Source: Blastocatellia bacterium (GTDB lineage: Bacteria > Acidobacteriota > Blastocatellia > UBA7656). Taken from it: 64,000 nt of DNA. Below, one piece after another: positions 10,716 to 20,224 of the stretch (the stretch's first letter is position 1; the number at the start of each line of letters is the position of its first letter). Location of the stretch: positions 358,874 through 422,873 of the forward strand of contig CAVSKO010000002.1 of assembly GCA_963728545.1 (NCBI GenBank), written 5' to 3'. The notes below the pieces were generated by a model. It was not told the origin of the DNA. It did not search any database and was given only the letters and a program-made list of their open reading frames with translations. The translations under genes and the position numbers were made by a program.

Positions 10716-13142
10716 TTATTCGTACCGCAGCGCAATCATCGGGTCGACGCGGGTAGCTTTGCGCGCGGGGATATAGCTGGCGATCAAGGCCACAATCGCG
10801 AGGATCACGGCGACTCCTACAAAAGTGGCCGGGTCTATGGCCTTCACGCCATAAAGCAGGCTGGACATGAACTGCGTTACAATGAGCGCTCCGGCAAGCC
10901 CGATTGCCACGCCTATGCCGACCAGCACAAAGCCCTGCTGTATCACCATAGAAAGTATATGGCTTTGCTGTGCGCCTAACGCCATGCGTATGCCGATCTC
11001 GTGCGTCTGTTGAGCGACCGAATAGTTCATCACTCCGTAAACGCCTACAGCGGCAAGTATCAAAGCGACCGCCGCAAAAATGCCGAGCATAAGCATATTG
11101 AAGCGCGGCTGCGCGACCGAGCCGTAAACTATCTGCTCCATGTTGCGTATGTCGGCTACGGGTTGATCCGGATCGATTGAGGCGATCTCGTTCCTGACAG
11201 CGCCGACGAGGTTCGACGGGTCGCCTTCGGTTCTGACGGCCAGGAACATCTGCCTGGCAGGCGTTTGCTGATAAGGGAAGTATATAAACTCTCGACCTTG
11301 CGCGCTCAGGCCATAGTGTTTGACGTGCGCCACTACGCCGACGACTACCAGCCACGGGGCCGTCGATTGATTGCCGCCAATCTTGACTCTCTTACCGATA
11401 GGGTCTTCATTGGGCCAAAATCTTCTGGCAAAGGTTTCGTCGATTATGCAGACCATCTGAGCGCCTTGCGCGTCGTGGTCGTTGAAGACTCTGCCGGCCT
11501 TCACCTCTATGCCCATCGCCTCGAAATAGTCCGGGCTGGTAACTCGACGGTCGCATTCGAAGCTTGCGTTATCAACGCTTGCAGAAGGCTGCTCGACGGT
11601 CACGGTGCCCGATTGATAAGCGCCGCTCAGGGGAAGGTGTGACACGGTTCCTGCGGTCTTCACGCCCGGCAGCGCCCGCACGCGCTGTATGAGATTCTGA
11701 TAAAAAGGGGTGAGCTGCGCGGCGTCGGAGTACTTCGTCTGCGGGAGCCGCAGTCTGAGCGTGAGCAGATGGTCAGGTTTAAACCCCGGCTCTACTTCTT
11801 GCAGGCGAATAAAACTGCGTATCATCAGCCCCGCGCCCGTCAGCAGCATGAGAGCAAAAGCCACCTCTGCTACGACGAGCACGCTGCGAACCATACGCCC
11901 CCGCGCGCCGCCCGTAGACCCCCGGCCGCCTTCCTTGAGCGTCTCGTTCAGATCGGGTTTTGATGATTGAAAGGCGGGGACCAGTCCGAAAACGATCCCT
12001 GTCAGCATCGCTATTCCGATCGTGAATATGAGCACGCTGGCATCGATCGATACCTCGTTCAGGCGAGGGACATTATCCGGCGCAACCGCGATTAATGCTT
12101 TCAGCCCGAGATAAGCGAGCAACAACCCTATCGCACCGCTGAAGACCGCAAGCACGATGCTTTCCGTCAAGAGCTGGCGGATCAGACGCCCTCGACCTGC
12201 GCCGAGAGCGGTGCGTATGGCTATCTCTTTTTCTCTGGCGACAGCCCGCGCCAACAACAGGTTCGCGACGTTGGTGCAAGCGATCAGCAATACGAACCCC
12301 ACCGCGCCTAACAACATCCACAGCATTGGCCGCACGGTTTTTACCACGTGAGCGTGCAAGGGGACGATGTTTATGCCGAACCCGAATTTATAAAACTCAT
12401 TATCGAGATCGGCGGAAATCTGCTTCATCTCTTCTTGAGCCTGCGCGAGACTGTATTCGGGCTTTATGCGAGCGATTACGCGCATGCCGTGGTTGCCGCG
12501 ATTTTGCTGGCGAAAATCCGCCGCCATCGGCACCCATAGCTCAATGTTCCTCGGAGATTGAGCGTCGGGCGGCAGTATCCCGAAGCCGTCGGGCATCACG
12601 CCTATGACCGTGGCGTTCTGGCCTTCGAGCGAGATAGTTTGATTTATGATGCCGGGGTCGGAAGCGAAGCGACGTTTCCAAAACCCGTGACTCAGTATCA
12701 CGACCCTCTCTCCGCCGGGCCGGTCTTCGGCTTCGGTGAAGGACCGGCCTTGAGACGGTTGGACTCCGAGAGTAGGGAAGAGATTTGCGGTTACGGCTGC
12801 GCCCTGTAGCTGTTCAGGCTCTCCGACGCCCGTCAGGCTGACGCTCGGAAAACTCATCGCCGCAAAATCTTCTATCATCGTGCTGCGCTCTCTCATATCG
12901 GCAAGCTCCGGGCCTGAGACCCAGTTCTGCGGCAGGTCGGGCCCGAAATAAGTCCAGACCAGCACCAGCTTGTCGGGGCTCGCGTAAGGCAGAGGGCGCA
13001 GCAAGACGGTATTGACGACGCTAAAGATCGCGCTGTTTGCTGCAATCCCCAGCGCCAGCGCCAGCACCGCGATGATGGTGAAGCCCGGACGTCTAGCCAA
13101 CATGCGGAAAGAGTAGCGCAGGTCTTGTAGTAACGTATCCAT
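10716..13142 (-). CDS. MacB-like / FtsX-family ABC transporter permease with N-terminal MacB periplasmic domain (ADOP type), intact
   Basis: 808 aa; characteristic N-terminus [22 protein letters not shown]; two FtsX permease modules; overlaps ATPase gene stop (ATGA). Confidence 0.85.
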   Translation of the reverse strand: MDTLLQDLRYSFRMLARRPGFTIIAVLALALGIAANSAIFSVVNTVLLRPLPYASPDKLVLVWTYFGPDLPQNWVSGPELADMRERSTMIEDFAAMSFPSVSLTGVGEPEQLQGAAVTANLFPTLGVQPSQGRSFTEAEDRPGGERVVILSHGFWKRRFASDPGIINQTISLEGQNATVIGVMPDGFGILPPDAQSPRNIELWVPMAADFRQQNRGNHGMRVIARIKPEYSLAQAQEEMKQISADLDNEFYKFGFGINIVPLHAHVVKTVRPMLWMLLGAVGFVLLIACTNVANLLLARAVAREKEIAIRTALGAGRGRLIRQLLTESIVLAVFSGAIGLLLAYLGLKALIAVAPDNVPRLNEVSIDASVLIFTIGIAMLTGIVFGLVPAFQSSKPDLNETLKEGGRGSTGGARGRMVRSVLVVAEVAFALMLLTGAGLMIRSFIRLQEVEPGFKPDHLLTLRLRLPQTKYSDAAQLTPFYQNLIQRVRALPGVKTAGTVSHLPLSGAYQSGTVTVEQPSASVDNASFECDRRVTSPDYFEAMGIEVKAGRVFNDHDAQGAQMVCIIDETFARRFWPNEDPIGKRVKIGGNQSTAPWLVVVGVVAHVKHYGLSAQGREFIYFPYQQTPARQMFLAVRTEGDPSNLVGAVRNEIASIDPDQPVADIRNMEQIVYGSVAQPRFNMLMLGIFAAVALILAAVGVYGVMNYSVAQQTHEIGIRMALGAQQSHILSMVIQQGFVLVGIGVAIGLAGALIVTQFMSSLLYGVKAIDPATFVGVAVILAIVALIASYIPARKATRVDPMIALRYE

Positions 13143-13843
13143 CAGGCGACCTCTACACTTTCTTCAACCACGCGCCCGTCGAACAGGTGTATCTGCCGGT
13201 CGGCGTGGCGGGCGTAGCGCGGGTCGTGCGTCACCATGCAGATGGTCGCCCCCGCGCCGTGAAGCTCTTGAAGCAGATCGATGACGGCCTCGCCGTTTGT
13301 CGAATCGAGATTGCCCGTAGGCTCGTCGGCCAGCAGTATGAGCGGGTCTCCGGCTACGGCGCGGGCTACGGCCACACGCTGCTGCTGGCCGCCCGACAAC
13401 TGGCTCGGCAGGTGTTTTGACCTGTGCGACATCCCGACCCGCTCAAGCGCATCCATCACTCGCTGCTTTCGCTCCGACGATTTCATTCCGCGATAGGTGA
13501 GCGGAAGTTCTACGTTTTCAAAGACCGTCAGGTCGCCTATTAGATTAAAGCTTTGAAATATGAATCCGACCTCGCGGTTGCGCACGCGCGCGCGCGCTGC
13601 CAGGGGGAGATCGGAAACCGGCTTGCCGTCCAGATACTGGTTGCCTTCCGTGGGAGAGTCGAGCAGCCCGAGAATCGAGAGCAGCGTAGATTTGCCGCAG
13701 CCCGACGGCCCGGCGATAGAGACGTACTCTCCTCTCTTTATTTCGAGATGAATGCCCGACAGCGCATGCGTTTCTACTTCATCGGTGAGAAAAACCTTAG
13801 TCACCCCTTCCAGGCGAATAAGCGGATGGTCAGCAGAGTTCAT
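13142..13843 (-). CDS. ABC transporter ATP-binding protein (MacB/LolD-type)
   Basis: Walker [13 protein letters not shown] signature [14 protein letters not shown], Walker [13 protein letters not shown]. Confidence 0.9.
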   Translation of the reverse strand: MNSADHPLIRLEGVTKVFLTDEVETHALSGIHLEIKRGEYVSIAGPSGCGKSTLLSILGLLDSPTEGNQYLDGKPVSDLPLAARARVRNREVGFIFQSFNLIGDLTVFENVELPLTYRGMKSSERKQRVMDALERVGMSHRSKHLPSQLSGGQQQRVAVARAVAGDPLILLADEPTGNLDSTNGEAVIDLLQELHGAGATICMVTHDPRYARHADRQIHLFDGRVVEESVEVA

Positions 13844-14165
13844 ACTTTCTTGTCCTCCGAAGATTTTTTTTCATACTTATCCCGCTTCTTTCGGTGCGCG
13901 TATGCAGTCTTAGACGTTACTACGCAGGATTCTGTTATCAAGGTGCATAATAATGAAGCACCCGATTCCTTATCTCTTAAGTAAAACTGCGCCAGTTGAA
14001 GTCCGAAGCCAAAAGGACTGCAAAAAGCGAATTTCAAATGACCGACTCCCCAACAAGCAGGCCTCAGGCTTTGGGCACTTTCTGTGAGTGGCGCGAGATA
14101 AAAAAAAGTTTCGAATTTTTTTTGCGTTAAAACGAGGGTGATCTTTAGCATGAAGATTGAAACGA

Positions 14166-14200
14166 GATGGACGCGGCTGTCGTACGGTTATCGAACTTTC
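14166..14200 (+). promoter_or_regulatory. possible ECF-type promoter (TGAAAC-N17-CGTA) upstream of ECF sigma gene
   Basis: Motif resembles sigW/ECF autoregulated promoters (AAC in -35, CGT in -10); sequence-only. Confidence 0.3.
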
Positions 14201-14355
14201 GTAGCCGTACGAAAGTCCCTTTTTTTCGAGAGACGGCACAAAAGCTGCAACCTTTTCATTGCGTCCGCCACTTACTGGTCGAAACGAGGATGAAGTGGCA
14301 AATGCTGGAAGCAATTAGCCTGGTGGGCCAGCCGAGCGGACGCGCCGGGGCTCTG

Positions 14356-14922
14356 ATGAACAGTTCAGAAGAACTCATTTCGCGCGCCCGCCGTGGCGAT
14401 GATGAAGCCTTCCGCCTGATCTTCGAGCGGTACGGCAGACCCATCATCAGCTTCATCTACGACATGGTGGGTCAGCGAGACCTGGCCGAAGAGTTGACGC
14501 AGGAGACTTTTGTGCGCGCTTACAAAAACATCGGCGGTCTGAGAGATGAGACGAAGCTGTTAACCTGGCTGTTCGGCATAGCCAAGAACGTGGCGCGCGA
14601 GTTGATACGCGCCCGCTATAAAGATGACGGCAAAGTCGGCATAGATGATGACCGCGTGATGGAATTGAGCGATAATAATCTTCTGCCCGAAGACGTGCTT
14701 TTGAACAAAGAGCTGAACGGAGTGATTCAAACCGCGCTCGGGGCGCTCGATGAAGATAAGCGATTGGTCTTTTCGCTCAAAGTGTTTCAGCAGCGGAGCT
14801 ACGAAGAGATTGCGGAGATAACCGGCTTTTCTATTCCAAAGCTCAAGACCGATCTGCATCGCGCGAGGACGGAGATGCGCCGCCGCATCCGTCCATATTT
14901 GGGAGCTAGCAATGAAGTGTGA
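14356..14922 (+). CDS. RNA polymerase sigma-70 factor, ECF subfamily (ORF track start 14167 probably over-extended)
   Basis: Region 2 (FRLIFERYGRPIISFIYDMVGQRDLAEELTQETFVRAYKNI) and region 4 HTH (SYEEIAEITGFSIPKLKTDLHRAR); 3' end overlaps anti-sigma start. Confidence 0.8.
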   Translation: MNSSEELISRARRGDDEAFRLIFERYGRPIISFIYDMVGQRDLAEELTQETFVRAYKNIGGLRDETKLLTWLFGIAKNVARELIRARYKDDGKVGIDDDRVMELSDNNLLPEDVLLNKELNGVIQTALGALDEDKRLVFSLKVFQQRSYEEIAEITGFSIPKLKTDLHRARTEMRRRIRPYLGASNEV

Positions 14923-15772
14923 AGATTATCTTCCTATGATCGAAAGTTATGTTGACGGCGAGCTTGACGGCACAACCGCTCAACGCATCCGGACGCACCT
15001 TACCACGTGCGACTCTTGCCAGGATTTCGTGGCGGAGTTGAGGCAGGAGCAAGAGGTGTACGCGCTTTACAACCGCGAGGTAGACATAACGCCCGCGATG
15101 TGGGCCGCTGTCCAGGCGAGGATTGAAAAAGCGAAGCCCGCCCGCTCCTCAAGCGTTTTTGAGGGCGTGAGCAATTGGCTTCGAGGGTTGGTCGGAACGC
15201 CGCGCTTAAGCCCTGCTCTCGCGGCCGCGCTAATCATAATGACCGTCGGCACAACCGTAGTCGTAATGAAGTACCTGAATTCACCCGATAAACCCGAAGT
15301 TCAGCAGATGGCCGACGCGCGCGAGCCGAAAACAAGCGAAGAGAAGAAAGTTGTACAACCGCAAACCGGAGAGTCGCAGCCGCCAATCGTGGCAGAGACG
15401 AATCCGGTGGTGAAGCCTCCCACAGGCGGTAAGCCTGATGAAGAGATCAAAGTGCCCGGGCGTCAAAGAAACGCCGTAAAGCAACCCGCTGTCAAGCCTC
15501 AGCCTACGCCGGAGCAGCTTGTGCGCGAAGCCGAACAGAAATACTTGAGCGCGATTGCGATTCTTGAAAAAGACTTTGATCGCAACAAGTCTAAGCTTGA
15601 CCCTGCGATTGTCGTGCGATTCGAAAAGGCAATGGTAGACATCGACAACACGATTGCCGAAACTCGGCGGGCCGTGCGCGAGAATCCTGATGACCCGATA
15701 GCATTGCAATACATGCTCTCGGCTTATGCAAAGAAAGTTGACGTGCTCAGAGAGATGGCAAGAAGTAATTAA
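14912..15772 (+). CDS. anti-sigma factor, zinc-finger (zf-HC2) type with one TM helix
   Basis: N-terminal HxxxCxxC-like motif (RTHLTTCDSCQDF), central hydrophobic helix, overlap with sigma gene. Confidence 0.7.
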   Translation: MKCEDYLPMIESYVDGELDGTTAQRIRTHLTTCDSCQDFVAELRQEQEVYALYNREVDITPAMWAAVQARIEKAKPARSSSVFEGVSNWLRGLVGTPRLSPALAAALIIMTVGTTVVVMKYLNSPDKPEVQQMADAREPKTSEEKKVVQPQTGESQPPIVAETNPVVKPPTGGKPDEEIKVPGRQRNAVKQPAVKPQPTPEQLVREAEQKYLSAIAILEKDFDRNKSKLDPAIVVRFEKAMVDIDNTIAETRRAVRENPDDPIALQYMLSAYAKKVDVLREMARSN

Positions 15773-15847
15773 CGAGTCACTCCCTGTTCAGACAGAGATA
15801 ATTCTAAGGATGTGCGTCAGGCATAAATTGAGCCTGAGTTCATAGTA

Positions 15848-17026
15848 ATGTTTATGAAAAGAAGAACGCTAATAATTTTAATACTCCTCGTCTTCGCATC
15901 GAGCGTGGCAGGCATTGGCGAGAGGGCCGATGCCTCGATCATGCCCGGCGGAGGGCAGAAAGAAAAAGAGAAGCCTACGACAAAGGTTACTCCGAAAGTG
16001 GCGCCGAAGGTGACCATTAAGCCGGACGTGAATGTTGACCCGCAGGTTGCCTCGACCGCACCAGATCAACCGAGTCAGGTGTCGGTCAAGTTAGATCGCG
16101 GGGGCAAGGTCGTCGTCGTAAACCGAAGCGGCGAAACCCGCATTACCGGATGGGACAGCGATATGATCGAAGCCCGCGCCGTAGGCGAGGAAGGGCCGGA
16201 GGCTGTGCAGGTCCGAGTGTCCGGCGAAGGCGCTCGCTCTCGCGTTGTTTTATCTGTGCCAGCTTACAATTCGCGGCGTCATAGCAGCGAGATCAGCCTA
16301 GAGATCAAGCTGCCGCGTTACGCGGACCTCGAATCGATCGAGAGCCAGCGCGGCGATATTGACATCACGGGTCTTGACGGCACCGTTGCGGTCTCGACCG
16401 CGCACGGTTCGCTTACGATCAAGAATGTCGGCTCGCTCAAGGCCGCGACTCGCAACGGCGAGGTCACGGTCGCAGGCGTCAAAGGTGATGCATCTATCAG
16501 GAGCTTGAACGGCGATCTGACTATAGACAACGTCTCCGGCTCGGTCGATCTGGCGGCGACAAATGGGAACGTCATAGCTCGCGGCACAGGAGGCAACATC
16601 CAGGTCAACTCGGCTTCGGGCGACATCGATCTGCATTGCGTAAAAGGTAATGCGACGGTGAATACTGCAAGCGGGGCGATCATGCTGGTCGGCGTCGGCG
16701 GAAATATAGAAGCCAACACCGCGAGCGGCGATGTGATCTTCAAAGGCGCTATGCGCGCAAGCGGCAGTTACAGATTAAAGTCGATTTCAGGGGCTGTAGA
16801 GATGGCCGTTCAGCCCGACCCTCCGGGTTTCACCGCGACGCTGATTACCTATAGCGGCGAGATCGAAACAGATTTTCCGCTGACCGTCAACGCGCCGCTC
16901 ACGGGACCTATCAACCGGCGCATAGTCGGCGTGTACAAAGACGGCCAGACACAGATAACGCTCGATTCCTTTAGCGGGACCGTTAGCATAGTTAAAGCGA
17001 CAGGTCCCCCGACGGGGTGCAAATAG
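15848..17026 (+). CDS. DUF4097 (putative adhesin / LiaG-like beta-helix repeat) protein, secreted
   Basis: Signal peptide; repeated motifs GxVxVxxVxGDAxIxSLNGDLTIDNVSGSVDLAATNGNV. Confidence 0.7.
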   Translation: MFMKRRTLIILILLVFASSVAGIGERADASIMPGGGQKEKEKPTTKVTPKVAPKVTIKPDVNVDPQVASTAPDQPSQVSVKLDRGGKVVVVNRSGETRITGWDSDMIEARAVGEEGPEAVQVRVSGEGARSRVVLSVPAYNSRRHSSEISLEIKLPRYADLESIESQRGDIDITGLDGTVAVSTAHGSLTIKNVGSLKAATRNGEVTVAGVKGDASIRSLNGDLTIDNVSGSVDLAATNGNVIARGTGGNIQVNSASGDIDLHCVKGNATVNTASGAIMLVGVGGNIEANTASGDVIFKGAMRASGSYRLKSISGAVEMAVQPDPPGFTATLITYSGEIETDFPLTVNAPLTGPINRRIVGVYKDGQTQITLDSFSGTVSIVKATGPPTGCK

Positions 17027-17093
17027 TTTTTCAACTTAGAATGTTCAACGGCTCGAAGCGGCACATTCCGCAACAAATTTGGAGAGGTGAAAA

Positions 17094-17915
17094 ATGAGAA
17101 CAAAAATCAACAAGCTGATCGGTATCATGCTAACAGCAATCTTCGTGTTGGCAGTTGCTTATCAACCTTCTGTGGCATCTGCTCAAAGAGACGACGATGA
17201 TTCGCGAAGCGATTTGCCGGAGCGCGAAGAGATCCGCCAGAGCTATGAGCTTTCGTCCGGCGCAACCGTGATAGTCGAAGGCATCAACGGCACCGTAGAT
17301 ATTGAGACGACAAACGGACAGACCGCTGAGGTTCACATAGTTCGTTCTGCGGCGACGAAGGATGATTTGAATTATCACAAAATATTGATCGAGCACTCGG
17401 GCAGCCGTCTCGTGGTTCGGGGCGAAAACGACCGCGAGCGCGACCGCGCCTCGCGAGGCCGCAAAGTCCGTCACCGCGTAACGATGAAGATTCCGCGCAG
17501 AGTCGATCTGACGACGAGCGGCGTCAACGGTCGTGTCAATATCGGCGAAGTTGACGGCCCCGTCAAAGTCAGCGGCATCAATGGCCGCGTCAACGTCGGG
17601 CAGGCCATAGGCTACATGGAGATTTCAGGGATAAACGGCGCGGTGACGGTAACCATTGCGCAGCTCAGCCAGCGCGGCATTGAGGTGAGCGGCATCAACG
17701 GTCGCGTGGAGCTGCGCTTCACCGAAGACATCAACGCCGACCTGGAGGTGACGGGCATTAACGGAAGCGTCCAGGCCGATATGCCCAACGTGACCATCTT
17801 TGGCAAGATAAGTCGCGATAATTTCCGCGCGCGAATAGGGTCGGGCGGGACGCCGATACAGATGTCAGGCATTAACGGCGGCGTGCGCATAGCTCGCGCT
17901 TCGAGCGCAGGCTAA
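17094..17915 (+). CDS. DUF4097 repeat protein, secreted
   Basis: Signal peptide; repeats SGINGRVNVG / SGINGAVTVT. Confidence 0.7.
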   Translation: MRTKINKLIGIMLTAIFVLAVAYQPSVASAQRDDDDSRSDLPEREEIRQSYELSSGATVIVEGINGTVDIETTNGQTAEVHIVRSAATKDDLNYHKILIEHSGSRLVVRGENDRERDRASRGRKVRHRVTMKIPRRVDLTTSGVNGRVNIGEVDGPVKVSGINGRVNVGQAIGYMEISGINGAVTVTIAQLSQRGIEVSGINGRVELRFTEDINADLEVTGINGSVQADMPNVTIFGKISRDNFRARIGSGGTPIQMSGINGGVRIARASSAG

Positions 17916-17931
17916 ACGCATTCACTTTCAG

Positions 17932-19899
17932 GTGGCTGTAATGTTGAGACTCAAAACATCTCACCGCAGAGACACAGAGAGCACAGAGGGGGCGCAGAGA
18001 AAACCAACCTCTGCTCTGCGCCCCCTCTGTGCTCTCTGTGTCTCTGCGGTGAGTCTTCTTGTAATAACCTTTTCTACGATTATCGCTGGTGCGCAGACCG
18101 CCGAAGAGTTCCGGGCGGAATTTCATCAGACGTATCCTCTCGCCGCGACAGGGCGGATCAACGTGAAGAATGTTTCGGGCGCTGTCCGCATCATCGCGTG
18201 GGACCGCAACGAGGTAAAGCTGGATGCAGTAAAGACTGCGCAGTCGAAAGAGAGTCTCGACGAAGCGGAGATCAAAGTAGAAGCCACCGCAAACGCCATT
18301 CAAATCCGTACCAGCTATCCTAATGATTGTTGCTTTTACTCGGAGGAGTGCTGCGAGAAGCGGTTTTATAGAAGCCGCGAATCCCGGCTCGCCTCGGTCG
18401 AATATAGCCTGATGGTCCCGCGAAATGCTCGCTTGGAATCCGTCGAAGTCATAAAGGGCAACGTGAAGATTGACGGCCTTTCAGGCTCTATCAATGCTTC
18501 CACGGTCATCGGCGAGGTTGACGCAAAACTTAATCGGCTCGCAGATTCTAATTCGATCACTTTAAGCTCGCTTACGGGCGGCATTCTTTTAACCATTCCT
18601 TCTGACTCGCACGCCATTGTGATCGCGCGGTCGCTTTCCAGCGAAATAACTAATGATTTCGGGCTGACGATAAATCGCGGGGAGTTCATCGGTCGCAACA
18701 TCGCGGGCCGACTCGGACGAGGCGGCGCGCGAGTGACGCTCGATAATATCACGGGCACTATCGCCGTCCGCCGCCTTTCGGACGGGCGCACGCCGAGCGC
18801 CGCGACGAACGTCAATCCTCAAACGGTGAGAGGCGAGACAGAGGCTAACCAGACTCTCGCTCGCCGCATAGTCGCGAGGGCGCGGCAACAGGCTCAACAG
18901 GCCGTCAACAATTCGGTCGATATTTCTCAAGCAATGCGCGATGTGCGGCGCGAGGTCGCTCGCGCGATGCGCGAAAGCTTGCCGATAGCCATCAGCATAG
19001 CAGTGCCGCAGATAGTCATAACTCCTGCGCCGGAAGCTAGAGTGCAGCCGCCTCGCGCTACTCGTGCGCCTCGCCCACCTCGCCCACCACGCTCGACACC
19101 ACCGGAAGCTCCGTCAACGCCGTCCCCGACGCCGACTCCAACAGCGCCTCGTGCCGAGCCGATCTATTTTAGAGTTAACGAGACGGAATCGAAATCTTTT
19201 ACCTTGAGCGGTGTCAGTCGTATCAACCTCGACACCTTCGACGGCCCGATAACGGTTCGCGCCTGGGACAAACAAGAGGTGTTGATAACGGCTACGAAAA
19301 AAGCCCGCGATGAAGAGGCGATGCGCAGTGCGCGAGTTCGGTTCGAGCAGCGCGCGGGAGAGGTCGTGGCAATTGCCCGATTCGATGATCCGGCAGGCGA
19401 GCGCGATAGCGCGGATGCCCAGGTCCATCTCGACGCATTCGTTCCGCGAAAAGCAAATCTCCGCCTCGCGACGAGCGACGGCAGGCTCTTTGTCGAAGGC
19501 GTGTCGGGCGAAATGGAACTGCGCACCGATGATGGAGAGATACGAGTAGCAAACGGGGCGGGCCGTCTGCGCGCCAACACAAGCGACGGCCAGGTTCAGG
19601 TCACGAAATTCAACGGCGACGTCGACGCTCGGACAAATGACGGGCAGATACTGTTGGAGGGACGTTTCAATTCTCTGAGCGCGCGAACGGGCGACGGAAC
19701 CATAACACTATCTCTTCCGGCAAGCTCTAACGCGACGATAGAGACTGCCGCCGAATCGATCATCATAGACGGTCTCAGAGTGACTGAAGAGGGCGATTCT
19801 GCGAGCCGGTTGAGACGTTGGAAAGTAGGCGCGGGCGGGACGGTCTTTTCGCTTCGCACAGGAGACGGGCGAATCGTGTTGCGCCGGTCGGGCGCATGA
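17932..19899 (+). CDS. two-module DUF4097 repeat protein with Pro/Thr-rich linker (start uncertain; 5' end overlaps palindromic repeat copy A)
   Basis: Two DUF4097-like repeat regions separated by PPRATRAPRPPRPPRSTPPEAPSTPSPTPTPTAPR. Confidence 0.65.
   Translation: MAVMLRLKTSHRRDTESTEGAQRKPTSALRPLCALCVSAVSLLVITFSTIIAGAQTAEEFRAEFHQTYPLAATGRINVKNVSGAVRIIAWDRNEVKLDAVKTAQSKESLDEAEIKVEATANAIQIRTSYPNDCCFYSEECCEKRFYRSRESRLASVEYSLMVPRNARLESVEVIKGNVKIDGLSGSINASTVIGEVDAKLNRLADSNSITLSSLTGGILLTIPSDSHAIVIARSLSSEITNDFGLTINRGEFIGRNIAGRLGRGGARVTLDNITGTIAVRRLSDGRTPSAATNVNPQTVRGETEANQTLARRIVARARQQAQQAVNNSVDISQAMRDVRREVARAMRESLPIAISIAVPQIVITPAPEARVQPPRATRAPRPPRPPRSTPPEAPSTPSPTPTPTAPRAEPIYFRVNETESKSFTLSGVSRINLDTFDGPITVRAWDKQEVLITATKKARDEEAMRSARVRFEQRAGEVVAIARFDDPAGERDSADAQVHLDAFVPRKANLRLATSDGRLFVEGVSGEMELRTDDGEIRVANGAGRLRANTSDGQVQVTKFNGDVDARTNDGQILLEGRFNSLSARTGDGTITLSLPASSNATIETAAESIIIDGLRVTEEGDSASRLRRWKVGAGGTVFSLRTGDGRIVLRRSGA
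17951..18060. repeat. palindromic intergenic repeat, copy A (~40-bp arms ctcaccgcagagacacagagagcacagagggggcgcagag / reverse complement, loop aaaaccaacc)
   Basis: Near-perfect inverted repeat read directly; homologous copies at ~41899..41992 and ~53182..53286. Confidence 0.8.
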
Positions 19900-20224
19900 C
19901 AGAAAGATCGCTTTTCTTGTTAACGGATCGTCACGGGGTCGCGTCTTAAAAAGTGGAGTTGGGCGCAAAAACGAATAGTCGCAGGGTCGGGTAATCTGAA
20001 ACTGACATCAAGTTTTTATGACTCGCGGGCGCTTTTACTTTTAAAGGCCGCGCCCGAAAAGATGGGGCTTGCGCGTGAGCCTGAAAGAGATTCAAAAAAA
20101 TAATGTTTATTCAAACAAATGGAACATTTATCCGCGCTCGCTCGTCTAAAAAAAAGGCACTTTTGATGCTCTCATTCAATAATTAATTTGAGAAGGCGCG
20201 GATCGGATAAGCAGTTGGGGTTCA

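Noticed and set aside
10651-11355. 234-aa Arg/Cys-rich minus-strand ORF overlapping the MacB-like permease in another frame
   Set aside because: Low-complexity composition typical of out-of-frame translation of GC-rich coding DNA. The overlapping frame has strong homology to the permease.
14167-14355. N-terminal 63 codons of the track ORF for the ECF sigma factor
   Set aside because: ECF sigma region 2 starts right after MNSSEELISRARRGDDEAF. The upstream codons lack conservation and overlap the putative promoter.
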